From the NCBI GenBank assembly GCA_032718475.1, contig JAUCBJ010008532.1, positions 1 through 64,000 on the forward strand: a DNA stretch of 64,000 nt, given 5' to 3'. This stretch comes from Nemertoderma westbladi (Eukaryota > Animalia > Xenacoelomorpha). Position numbers and translations under genes: made by a program. The notes under the pieces were generated by a model. The model had not been told where the DNA came from. It saw nothing but the letters and a program-made list of their open reading frames with translations, and did not search any database. Positions 1 through 11,840 of this stretch are shown here, piece after piece (within the stretch, counting starts at the first letter, position 1; each line of letters begins with the position of its first letter).

Positions 1-740
1 AAATCTAACTATCGATCAATCTAATCAATCAACTTAACTATTAATCATATTGTTTGTACTGTTATTTACTGTCAGTTATTAATTGTACCTATTTGTTGAT
101 GGAAATATTGCTCTTTGGATAATACGGATAAATCACCCAAATTTCCCAATTTTCTTGATACACTACAGGTTAGAGAGACCGGCTATACATAACAATTGCG
201 ATTTATATTAATGTGGTGTGTATTGAATCCAATGTTATTTAGCAGACCCTACGTGAGTCAATTGCTGCTCTCTTTATGTGTGATCAAATATACTGACGGT
301 CGGCAGAATAGTGTGTATGATTGTGATTGGTAACAAAGTATTTCCTAAAGAATACGCTTTATACTTTAATCATAAGCAGTATCGTTGCGTTTTAGTATAA
401 GTCTTAGTTCTGTTTAAATAGATAAAGCGCCACGTCCTAAAGGAACTGTTAATATTTCCCGAAAGCCAATAATATCTGTCAGAAATTAATTATTAACGAT
501 CTATCGAATAATACAGTAAGTTTACACTGCAACCTTACACTGCAATAATACAATTTAAGCATCCGAATTCAGTCTCCCGGGTGTAGATCCATCGGGTGAA
601 TGATCGCGCATGGGCTGACTTCGGCTAGTGTTTTGCGTATTAGCATAAAATATTGTCGTATGCTAAAGTGGTTTTAATTAACTAAAAGACATATAAATTT
701 TGGCAGGTTAAACTGCTAAAGGTCTTCAAAAGCGCGAACA
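1..740 (+). mobile_element. BEL/Pao LTR, 3' part, cut by the window start (3' or solo LTR)
   Basis: Nearly identical to 24437-25176 (two substitutions noticed). Ends GCGCGAACA like the other three copies and is followed by non-element DNA. Confidence 0.9.
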
Positions 741-1450
741 AGGCCGCTGGCCTAGTGTTTCTTTGAGCAAACAGTGGCGGAATACATATCTTATTCATTC
801 ACCCAAATGCTTTCTTTCATTAGTCTGTGATACAGATAAGTAAATACATTGAACGTATGCTAAGGGGAGATTACTTGTTCCGGATACCAAAATAGATAAC
901 GCAATAATTTATGCGTCGTCCACGGATATATATATGCGCGTGAGTTGACCCTTGCTTGGGGTGCTGATGGGATCAAAGAGTGGAGGTGATGATGACACCT
1001 TCGCAGATAAACTCTGTTGCATAAACTTAGGAATATATAATCACTGATTAAGTTTCTAAATTGATTTAAGGCTGTTTTGATAAAAGGGAATTAGGCAGCA
1101 TCATTCCGTTTAATTTGAGATTTTGAATCATATTATTTGTAATTTCCAAATGCTTGATTCAGTGCTTACACGCTAATACATTCTACTGAGACCAGACTAC
1201 TACTATATTGCTGACAGTTAAAGCCACAGCAAAATTTTTGTTTATTAATAAATGGCCCCAGAAATTTTGGCGATCTTTGACATCTCAAAGAAATTCAGAC
1301 GTTGTTACAACCTTGCAATGCATGGCTTCCTAATGAAATATAAAAATTATAGCGGCTAATGTGTGAAGTACAAAAAGACACACTTTAAAACGTTTATAAA
1401 AAATTTAAAAGCAAAATCTAAAATTCAGGCTCTGTCTGGTCATCTACAGT

Positions 1451-1713
1451 CGAGACAGGGGGGGGGGGGGGGGGGACTCGACGCAAAACCCGCCGTGGCA
1501 AATTAATATCCCACCTCAATGTTAAATTACCAATTTAGGGAAAGGAGCAGGTTACAGTGGCACGTTATTTTAACCAAAACAATAAACTAAACACAATAGA
1601 ACAGGTTATAGTTATTTACAGTTGTATCTTTGAGAGTAATCAACTGTTAGTTGCGTCCAATTTCCCATGGAGAGGGTTGAATTTTTATTGCGTCCAGTTT
1701 CCCCCCATATCTG
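1451..1713. mobile_element. ~260-bp MITE (further copies ~8213-8415, 11195-11433, 15871-16131, ~22706-22909; fragments ~36370-36460 and ~53090-53185)
   Basis: Imperfect TIRs CGAGACAGGGG...GACGCAA / TTGCGTCCAGTTTCCCCCCATATCTG. Flanking direct repeat CTACAGT at 1444-1450 and 1714-1720. Confidence 0.75.
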
Positions 1714-2055
1714 CTACAGTCAGTTGAATTAATTTTCCTTAAAATTTCAAACGATACTATTGTGTAATTAATGGTTTACCGGTACCAAATTTGATGAGGA
1801 ATAGTCTATAGGTAGTTGACGAAAATGCAAGACAGACAACAATTCTAGGCAGCATCGCGGGGCAAAACTTTAGAGTTTCACTGCTATTAAACTATACCAT
1901 ATTGTCAGGCTTACAGTTACACCTAATATATATAATAACATTAACTATTATTATAATTTTGGAACTGCTTGCACGACTATTGTGTATTGTCTTAAACAGG
2001 CGTTTGGCGTTCCGTACATTATTAAACACTAACCAGTAGTTAGTAAGAAATTTGA

Positions 2056-4103
2056 ATGGCATTTTCGTATAGATTTCTGATAATCGTTCTGCTATATGTA
2101 GCGGAGATTGAGCAGTCTGTTGGATTCCCTCCAGAAGGGCCCCCACAACTTCCTGTACCTCCTCACTGGCACAATGCTCCTTCTTCTTTGGATGACTACC
2201 CAGTAGTTAATGACAGCTATATGGTTGACCCATGGAATTACCAACAACGACTTGGGTTGTACAAAATACTTCTAGAAGTAACTAAACCGCTTCTCAAAGA
2301 ATTTGGTTATAACAACACGGGAAACATTCTATGGGGCTTGCCTTTACAGTTTGGCTGGCAGTATCGCACAGGTAGATTGGAAGAACCTTCTAGAATACGA
2401 TTTGACGATGGACCTAGAGATATTAGTAGTAACAGTTGGTGGGGTTGTATGAATTACTACTTGTCTGTCATTCCGTTCTTTGGGGCGGTGAGAGCTAACT
2501 ATTTCGGGAACGTAACGGTAGTCATGGAACCACCAACCCTTCACAGTGCCTTGTTTTGTATGACGGTTGAAAGCTGCAGTAACCAGAGAACTTGGGCTGC
2601 CTTATCTAGATGGACGGATTTCTTTCTCAAGATTCGAAGCAATCCTCTAACTAATAAAGGTTAACGTAATTTATACATAACTTAATTTATATTATAACTA
2701 CTGTATAATAATATAATAATTTCAATTACCACTAACTACGGAACTGCAATATTTAATGATAATATCAAAACTTAAAGATTGCAGCAGAGGTTGATTAATC
2801 TGTCTTCTAAGCGTATCCAATCTTAATTTTGTTTTCTTCAAGTTTCCATGGACATGGAGAAGTTGGACACTTATTTGGGTTACATGTGGGCTGGACATGT
2901 GGCTTCCAGCCGAGCGGCCGAGCCGTTGTTTCCCAAACTTCTCAAACTAATTCCGGAACAGGAAGCCAACTTTGGCGTTGGTTGGGATAACATAGTTTAC
3001 TTTATCGCGGCGGCGCGAATTTGGACCTCAGAAAATGTAACTAATAATGCGCAGGTAATTCTCAATAGATACACCCGACTATGACTATCCTGGGCAAGCA
3101 TATGGGAGGGGGGGGGGGGGGGGCATGAAATTGAAAAAAATGGTGACACAAAACAAGAACCGCGACCTATTATTATTTCAATTCAGTAATTGCGTTTTAC
3201 GAAATTACCTTTATATCAATAATTAATATGGAGATTTTCATATTTTAGGAACTTTATTTACCCCCGCGAATGCTGCGAAATGGAGATAAACTACCGAACA
3301 TCCCAGATTTTACGAAAACAGAAAACATAGCCACAGCTGCGATAGAACTTGTTGATAAAATGAATAAGTTTTCAGGTAATACTCTATTTGTATCAAAATT
3401 ATAAAACAAAATATTAGAAATTACAAATGTCATATTTAAATAATATTGGTAATATCGTCCAATTTTCATTTCCAAGACAACTAGAACCTTAATGAATATG
3501 TTTATCAAGTATTCGTAAACTGATTCATACTGCTTCCTTAGTCGAGGACGGCGACAGTTCCAGAATTTCGTTTTATATTCGTTTGTTTTCAATTATTAAT
3601 AATTAACTTACAGGGTATTTATGATTATTATTATTTTTGGAGGTCGCCAGAGAAACACGGTAGGATCGAACTGCCGACCTCCACTTTGCATGTCTGACGC
3701 TCTGCCTATGTGACCCTGGAATTACTGTACAACCGGATATGTTCAATGTCAGCTACTGTATTTACGTTCTTATCTCATTCCAACAGTATAATTATTAATC
3801 ACATGCCGCCACTTTTCTTAACTTTAGCTATATCTGTACTGTCAATCATAGTATGATTGATACATCGCCCAAGTTCTTTAAGAGTCCTGGCGGTAACAGT
3901 AATGTAGTTTAAATTGTATTAATAGATTCTATTTTGCACCGGTAGATGGCGGTTTACTTTCGATTTGGAAAGATTTGATGTGCTCATGGCAGAGCAGAGA
4001 GGTTGGATTCAAATTGATGAATGATCTCTTTGGGAACAACAAAGAAGTTCTAAAGGATCTCGTATTGTTGGCTGGAACAATAATCAAAACATGTCTCATA
4101 TGA
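2056..4103 (+). CDS. leg1: LEG1 (liver-enriched gene 1 / C6orf58)-family secreted protein, copy A; exons 2056-2659, 2843-3054, 3249-3375, 3946-4103; 366 aa
   Basis: Hydrophobic N-terminal signal. LEG1 motifs DPWNYQQRLGLYKILL, GNILWGLPLQFGWQYRTGRL, SWWGCMNYYLSVIPF, LPPRML..GD..P.IPDFT and GGLLSIWK. GT-AG introns join in frame (1101 nt). AATAAA at 4271. Confidence 0.92.
3642..3715 (-). mobile_element. tRNA-derived SINE head or tRNA pseudogene in LEG1 intron 3 (copy ~18070-18144)
   Basis: Minus strand reads GGCAGAGCG...TGCAAA...GAGGTCGGCAGTTCGATCC, which resembles A and B boxes. The stems are degenerate. Confidence 0.5.
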
Positions 4104-5107
4104 TCTGAAGATATTAGTGAAATGGCGGTGGGTGTGGGGATGGGATTATATATCTCGATCAGCCAAAGTATTATCGAACGGGTTAATAATAATAATAATA
4201 TTTATTTATAACGCGCAACACAACAGATCCAAATTGACATTGGCTTTAAAATTGTATAAGTCGCATCACAAATAAAGATTCACCGATAAAAAATAATGAA
4301 GGTCTTGAGGATTAAACGAGTTTTGTTTGTATTCAGTATATTATACTGTACATTTAAAATGTACATACAGTAATTAGACAGTATTATGATGATTTTCAAT
4401 TAAAAAATTGGAAGAATGTCAAGACCATTGAGTAAAATTTCAAACAATTTGGTTAAAAAATGACGGAAACGTCGTGGTCAAAAACGAGAAATAAAAATTC
4501 CAAGTAGGCCTATAATGCATTTAAATTCCAATCTTCCCGCGCTAAATTTTCGGTCTCTATACTATACATGTATGTCTTTTAATATGTAATAATTATTAAT
4601 AGTAATTTATGTATGTTATTAAGGATGCACATTCTGTAGCTGATCTAGATTTTCGTGGTCGGTGATTTCATGCTTGGCAAACACTAGTCTATCTTTCTGC
4701 TGTCTGTCGGTCGGTCTGATGTCTCTGCCTGTTGGTATGCCTGTCAACATGGTACTGCACTGTACTGTATAATACGAGGTCGCTGATTTAATTTCCGATG
4801 TCAATTTTGATATTTGACAAATTCTAGTCTCTCTATCTTTCATGAAACACATTTTTTCGGAAACATAATGTTAATTTGATTGAAATGAAAACATGCCATA
4901 GTTAAATCTTAAATCGCGATCCAAAACGAAACATGATGAAACGTAATAACTTCATATTCGGATTTGAATTCTGCATTACAATCAAACAAAAAGTTTCTTG
5001 CTGTTTTTGGCCTAAAAAGGTGAACGACCTCAGCCCTTACTCTTAATTATTTTTAATGGCAACCCCCGGTGACGCGCTTTCTCATTTTTTCCATCACGGG
5101 TTAACAT

Positions 5108-5500
5108 GATTTAAAAGTTGTCTTCCAAACCAGCTGTAGGCTATCCTCCCTTTTCCCGTATACAAGGATCAGATTCCTGAACACATACGGTCGGGTGTTG
5201 TGTACCATTATAATTATGGAAGCTGCGATGCTTCTTACGTTGGACGCACTGTACGCCACCTGGCTAAACGTGTTGAGGAACACACTGGCTTTCTGTACAA
5301 CTCCGGAAAATTCTCCCGCCGAAAAAATTATTCTATCTTTGAACACTCCTCCACCGCCGATCATCCCACGTTAAAAGAAAATTTCAGCATCTTATCAACA
5401 TCCCGTAACCTGCGCGAACTTCTCATTAAAGATACTTTGTTCATTAGGAAACTTCGCCCCACTTTAAATGACCAAACCACTTCAACTTTCCTTTCCCTAC
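5108..5500 (+). mobile_element. Penelope-like retroelement GIY-YIG endonuclease remnant (copy ~19548-19940)
   Basis: KDQIP...SGVVYHYNYGSCDASYVGRTVRHLAKRVEEH...SIFEH...FSIL...ELLIKDTLFIRKLRPTLNDQ, with an in-frame stop upstream. Confidence 0.85.
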
Positions 5501-5695
5501 TGTACTTCCCTGATACTGTATATCCCCCCCCCCCCCCCGCCCCTACCCCACGTACTGCCTTATTCGTGTACCGGTAGGTCCTGACCTTCTTACTGGACTG
5601 TCTTATACTATCCGCTCTGTTGTTCATGTGGTACTGTACACGCCTTCCATATTCAAGATTCCCCGTACTTACAGTAGTTGCAATTTAAGCCTCAT

Positions 5696-6713
5696 GCGAA
5701 TTTAGTTCCAATGGAAACGAATTTAGTTCCAATTTTGGCGAATTTAGTTCCAATTTAGGCGAACTTAGTTCCAATAACTGGAGAAAAACAAAAACGAAAT
5801 TAGTTCCAATTGATGCGAATTTAGTTCCAATGGATGCGAACTTAGTTCCAATGGATGCGAATTTAGTTCCAATGGATGCGAACTTAGTTCCAATGGAAAC
5901 GAATTTAGTTCCAAAGGGGCGAGCCACGTAGTTGGCGAATAATCTGTTTAATGACACTATTAAGAGGTTGGTTAAACAATAATTGTAAATAACTAACCCA
6001 AAACGGCCAACCTCCTAACGAAAACAATTTTATCCCAAACAACGCCCAAGCTCATAACCCAAACTACGCCCAACCTCCTAACCCAAACAACGCCCATCCA
6101 CCTAAACCGAAACAACTAGTAAATATTGTATTTGGTGTGGTAAATGGCACAATGTGCATGACTTGAGTATATAATACTACAGACTCAGTCAGTCAGTCTC
6201 AGTACACTCGTGATTAATATATAATTCAAAATGTGTAATTATACATTTAATAATAATTCGTTTTTTATAAATGACGGAATGGTTTTACAATTATTTACAA
6301 TTATTATTGAGCCTGACCCACCCCAAATACTGGCAATACGCAATAGGCTTCGCCTACTACGTGGCTATCCCCACGATTGAAACTTTGAAACTAAGTTCGT
6401 ACCCATTGGAACTAAATTCGCTTCCATTGGAACTAAATTCGCACCCATTGGAAATAAATTCGCTTCCATTGGAACTAAATTCGCTTCCATTGGAACTAAA
6501 TTCGCTTCCATTGGAACTAAATTCGCTTCCATTGGAACTAAATTCGCTTCCATTGGAACTAAGTTCGTTTTGATATTCTGGGATTGGAACTAAGTTCGCC
6601 TCGATTGGAACTAAGTTCGCTTTGTAAAATTTATTTTGGAACTACATTCCTTTCAATTGGAACTAAGTTCGCCTTTGAAAATGTGCGATTGGAACTAAGT
6701 TCGTGCTACCATA
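5696..6713. mobile_element. Foldback-type non-autonomous DNA element with inverted arrays of a 21-bp unit (copy ~20134-21207)
   Basis: (GCGAATTTAGTTCCAATGGAT)n at 5696-5913 faces its reverse complement at ~6385-6705. Right terminus ...CTACCATA is TAYGG-type, as in the IS3EU-like element at 48642. The left terminus is missing. Confidence 0.75.
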
Positions 6714-8957
6714 GGGCCTATTCAATTACTGTACAACCTTTTTTGCACACTAGCAACACCCGTTATTTGGTAAATTGTTTTTTTGTATTGTTATTGCAAT
6801 CTTCACCAGCCTTATTATTCTATTTTGTATTTAGTGCCGGTACTGTCTTTCACTAATTTTCAGGTATTTGTTTTTGCTTTTACAATGATTATTGTTAAAT
6901 AAACCGAAACGTCAGCTGTTTTTTATAATCTTGATTTCTCAAATCATGAGGTTTAAGTTATTTGCGATTTTTATTGTTTCCTTTTATATAGTATGTTGTC
7001 TCATCCCAATAAACATCACATTATTTACCGTATATTATGAAGAAAAGAGTGCGATAAAAAGAATCTTAGTAAATACAGTAGGCCTACTACTGTATGTGTT
7101 TATAGAAAGAAACAGAAATGAGACTGAAAAACTACACATTTATATTTCATTACATATTCAATTTACCCAATACCCAAGCCGATTAAAATAATATTATAAT
7201 TATATTAATTTTCATTTCGAATTTTATTATAAGATAATTTGTAACTTATTTATTTAAATGAGAAAGTTTAGCGGCGCGAAAATTATAAAAATAAATAATT
7301 ATAATAGGAGTTTAATGTACAATGAACTGTACGCACATATATTATTATTCTAAAACTTTATATCATAAAGTCTTACACTGCTTGACAATCTAAAAACAAG
7401 GGCAACTACTAATACTGTTAAAATATTATAATAAAATTTACGTATAATATCTTTATTAACGTACTTCATGGCGTAGGCCTACTACACAGTAGTTAAATTA
7501 AATGCAAAAGATTTCAGTTTGATTTGATTTTAATTGCCAAAGGTGGTCGGGGGGGGGGGGGGGGGGGGTAGTGTCACAGGGCGTCAAATCGAATTTTGGT
7601 TTATGTTGAGTAGCAACATCACAGTCTGTAATACAGCAATACAGCGCGGTGGTCACTGAATTAACATCATCACTAATCGAAACGAAAGGGGAAAGTATTT
7701 TTATATGTTAAAAGATGAATACCTGATCGGCCTACTGACTTGATACCGGTACTACCGGTACAGGTATACAACTTTGGTGATGATCCTAAACTGTCTGACC
7801 TGAATGTAGTGCGAGTGCAAGATACAGTTTGTGCGAGTAGTGCCTGGAAAGCACCAATATCGAGACGTTTGGGAAATTCCTCAAACAGAAATGTTTTATG
7901 GTAAATGTTTATTTTCGGAAAACGTCAGATCCGAAGTCAGGGAGTAGCAGTTTGTGAGGAAGGAAGCATAATGAAACTGTTTTGAGTTTATGTTAATGTA
8001 CCGGTAGATCAGTAGGCTACTTTAGCATTCATTTAAAGTAGTAAAAGTAAGTAGTGATCAGAATATTTTATTGAAATGTAACTCTACCAGCCTACACAGA
8101 TACCGTAATGAGTGACTACTGTATGAGCAGGAGCTGCCTACTGGAGATGAAAATGTTTCAAGGTTAGTTTTTCAAGAGTTATTTTTGTTTTAATAATTCG
8201 TACTATACTGTCGAGACAGGGGAGAAACTGGTTTAAATTATCAATTTAGAAAAAGGAGCAGGTTACTGTGGTTATTCTAACCAAAACAATAAACGAAACT
8301 CAATATAAGAGGTTACAATTTTATACTGTATTTGGGAGTAATCAGCTGTTATTTGCGTCGATTTTCCCCTGGAAAGAGATTAATTTTTATTGCGTCGAAA
8401 GTCCGCCCTTATCTGACTTTGTCACAGTAAACCACTAAAGAAAGGTCAAAAAAGATATTGTTGCTACTGTAATCTTATTGCTATATTTAGTAAATTGTAA
8501 ATAAATATTACACTATTGTACAAATAGTTATTATAGAATTACAGTACATAGATAAGATGACGATTCTGCATAAAGGCTGAGAGTCAATAGTTATACTGAA
8601 AGATGCAAACAACAACAAAATATTAATAAATCAGTCAATGTCAGTAAGTTCGTATGAAAGAAAGGCATCAACTCTCTCCATTATAATAAATTATAAAAAG
8701 GTTAATTTCTAGTTTAAACAATGACAATGTTTGCAAAATAAACGTCGTAAAAAACAACCCGATATAACAATACAGTATACTGTATATCGCGTCCCAAAGT
8801 GGCGAGCTTAAATAGCCGCGAATATAGCTAAACCTCGGAAAAACAGTGCGAACTTTATTGCCACTGGAGCACACCGGGTAAAATATAAAAGATATTTTCG
8901 TATTTACATTAAGTTTCGCCCAAATTCTATCGGCGTAATCGAATCAATAGAGTCCCG

Positions 8958-10294
8958 TTATATACATTTGTGTTCTTTCTGCGTCCGCGTGCAGGTCTGA
9001 CATTCAACCTCGCAACACCACTTGAAAACGCATTTGCACCGTTCTTGTACTGTGACTGTGTGTTCTGTATGGCCCCTACCGCAGCACAAATGATCGCAGG
9101 CGTCATTCTGTGAAACTGCAGTTCCTGTGCCGTTGCAAGTTCTTCCAACAGTTCCCAGGTAAGTTTTCTATAGTGATAAAATAAAGTTAGGAGCGTGTAG
9201 TTAGGAATAATAATAATAATTTTTTGCATAAATAATAGTCCTAGAAGTTGATTCTGAAAAACAATTGTTCTGTAAAAAAAACTTTCCTTTCTTAAAAAAA
9301 CTTTTCTGTATCATTTTTACAAATTTTTTGGTAAACTTTAATACACCTAAAAAGTAAAAAAAAGTGTCCCAATTCAAAAAGTAAAAGACGAATGAAGCAA
9401 GAAACAGATGACATTACCTCACGATCTATCTGTCTGTAGGCAGTTACCGGTACTGCAAAAGCCATATGGTCTGGCTTAATGGGTACCTGGGCTTCTGGTA
9501 GTGAAGTAAAATGGAGGATTAGATCGTGATGAGTGTGCCAACGATTCGAGTAAGACTGCTCCAAGCAAGCTAGGTAAAGCCATCAATTGTTTTCATACGA
9601 ATAAATTTTATTTAATGTTAAATATTTTGGTTAAAATTACCTTTTTGTCACGATCGCAGAAATCGGAACTGCTATCGAAGTAAACGAGTCCTTGTCTGGA
9701 GGGAGGTGAATCGAAGTTGCTAATCGGCTGTAGTTGGACGTGCCGAGGACGAAGGGTACCGGTAGACGCAGCTGTGTTACCCATTCTCACATGGGAAGCT
9801 GACTGGAACTGCAAGTAGAAAATCAAAATTACAAAATCAAATGTTTAAATTAAAACAAGATTTACAAGAAAACTGTTTTCATATTTCATCATTCATACAG
9901 TATGAAGTAAACTTAGATGGAAATATGATTACAACAATGAAATGCAAGCGGTCGACCAATGATAGCCCGATAGAATGATGGTGAGTGAGAGAGAGGCGGC
10001 GGCGGGGCGGGGGGGGGGGGTGTCATTGTTTGGGTTCAAATATCGCGCCTCTTACGCCCCCTGTAACCCTGCCCTGAGGGAGGGTTACAACCCTAACCCA
10101 TGGGATTTTCTTCAATATACAAACCCCCCCCCCCCCCCCCCCCCCCAAGACTCAGAAGCATAATATCTCACCTTTTCCATCAAAACGTCCCCGACTGTTC
10201 GAACTTTCGGCAAGGACATCCAACACGTCTTTACGTTGCAGTTTCCAGAAACTCCGTGGCATTTGCACTCCCGCACCATATTCTTAGTGACCGC
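8958..10294 (-). CDS. wnt: Wnt ligand, last three exons (10294-10172, 9808-9641, 9167-8958); 5' exons not found in the window
   Basis: Spliced translation [29 protein letters not shown]...[16 protein letters not shown]|[12 protein letters not shown]...[10 protein letters not shown]...[18 protein letters not shown]...HKCI*. Both introns are phase 0 GT-AG. Subfamily not assignable by eye. Confidence 0.95.
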
Positions 10295-11840
10295 CTAGAT
10301 AAAATTATAGAAGACAGTCACTCCAAAGGTAATAATTACTAAACGCTTCTGAAACAATACATTATTACTGTTAAACTGTTAACGAAAATGTTAGTCCTAA
10401 TTTAAGTTGGTTCATTTCACATGAAATGTTTCCACTGAGACCTTTATCCACAAAGTGAGATGTTAAAATTAAACCTAAGCAGTTACTAAAAACTAAGGTA
10501 GTTAGATAAGTTGCTTGAGCTGTATGTTCATAAAATTTAACAGGTGTAACAACCTATAAATTTACAATTTTATCTTGTATAATTTTCCCTGCGGCAGTGT
10601 TCTGGCATCCGATGATTAAAGGCGGTTCTCATGGTGTGGTGTGGTTAACTCCCACACACGATGAGAAATTAAAGCCTTGAAAAGGTTGAAAATGAAGTGT
10701 TTCCCATAAAATCTTGCTGGCGGGTAAATTTAATGATGGTGACATGGGCCGAAAGATATATACACCTCCTCCCCGTACACCACCTAAGTATACAACCCCC
10801 CATAGAGGCGTAAATCTCTACACCCTACACGAATTCTTATGTTATTTCTCTCCCAATCAAACCAGTATGCAATCCAAATATGATACCACACCAACTGGTG
10901 GACACGTTAATTCGTCTCATTTTTTCAATACATTCGATGGGGAGATTTAACGATACAATTTGGGATAAAGTCAGCGGAAGTAATGAAATGGTGGTCCAAA
11001 TGGCCGTCAATCACATATAATGAATGTTGTAATGTTTAAATCCATGTTGTTTATTCAAGTGAAAAATCAGAGATTTTATTTCAAAAGTTAGCATTTATGA
11101 TGGAAAATATCTTAACAAACAAGACCACACAATACAAATACGAATGATTCAGTCAGATCCATCTCCAAACATGTATGGTCCTATATCAATGACCGAGACA
11201 GGGGGGGAAACTGGACGCAAAACCCGCCTTGAAGAATTAATTTCCCGCCTCAATGTTAAATTTTCAATTTAGGGAAAGGAGCAGCTTACAGTGGCACGTT
11301 ATTTTAACCAAAACAATAAACTAAACACAATTGAACAGGTTACAGTTAAATTTTAGAGAGTTATCATCTGTTATTTGCGTCCAATTCCCCTGGAGAGGAA
11401 TGAATTTCTATTGCGACCAGTTCCCCCATATCTGCATTGACCCCTCTTAATGATAATGACAGTTGGGGTCTTTTGCACTGGAGAGCAGCAGACAGTGGGA
11501 GTGTGTCTGATGCCCATAACAAGAGGGGGTAGAGAGACCAAGAATAGAGCACCTGCCGTTACATTAATAAGATGACAAGATAACGTAAGGTTAATAAGAG
11601 ACGGAAAGGTTAATAAAGCTGACAACCTAGCATAACAGTAATCCTTGTTAAGGCAATAGCTGTAATGGACACAATGGAACACCACCAGTTGGCCCTCACT
11701 TTATATAAATAAGGGCCACCGTAATACCGCAGCCCCTAACAGTAATTAAAATTCGCCTATTAAGTGGGTTGATAACCTTCTGCCTAACTCTCCATATACT
11801 GTATAATAACATCATAGCCAGTAAATAAATTCAATCATAT

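Larger units (their letters stand above)
877..9845 (+). repeat. Segmental duplication, copy A (~9 kb)
   Basis: Colinear with 15321-24339 from GTTCCGGATACC to ATCAAATGTT. The same ORFs recur at an offset of ~14.4-14.5 kb. Confidence 0.97.

Noticed and set aside
3642-3715. Functional tRNA gene (also 42236-42305)
   Set aside because: A and B boxes are present but the acceptor and anticodon stems do not pair.
5685-6856. ORFs with repeats such as IGTKFAS, LELNSLP and MEANLVP (also 20123-21218)
   Set aside because: They are translations of a 21-bp DNA tandem repeat that is open on both strands, not LRR proteins.
8927-9229. 100-aa ORF in the track (and 23421-23723)
   Set aside because: Wrong frame; the real coding frame is the Wnt terminal exon 9167-8958.
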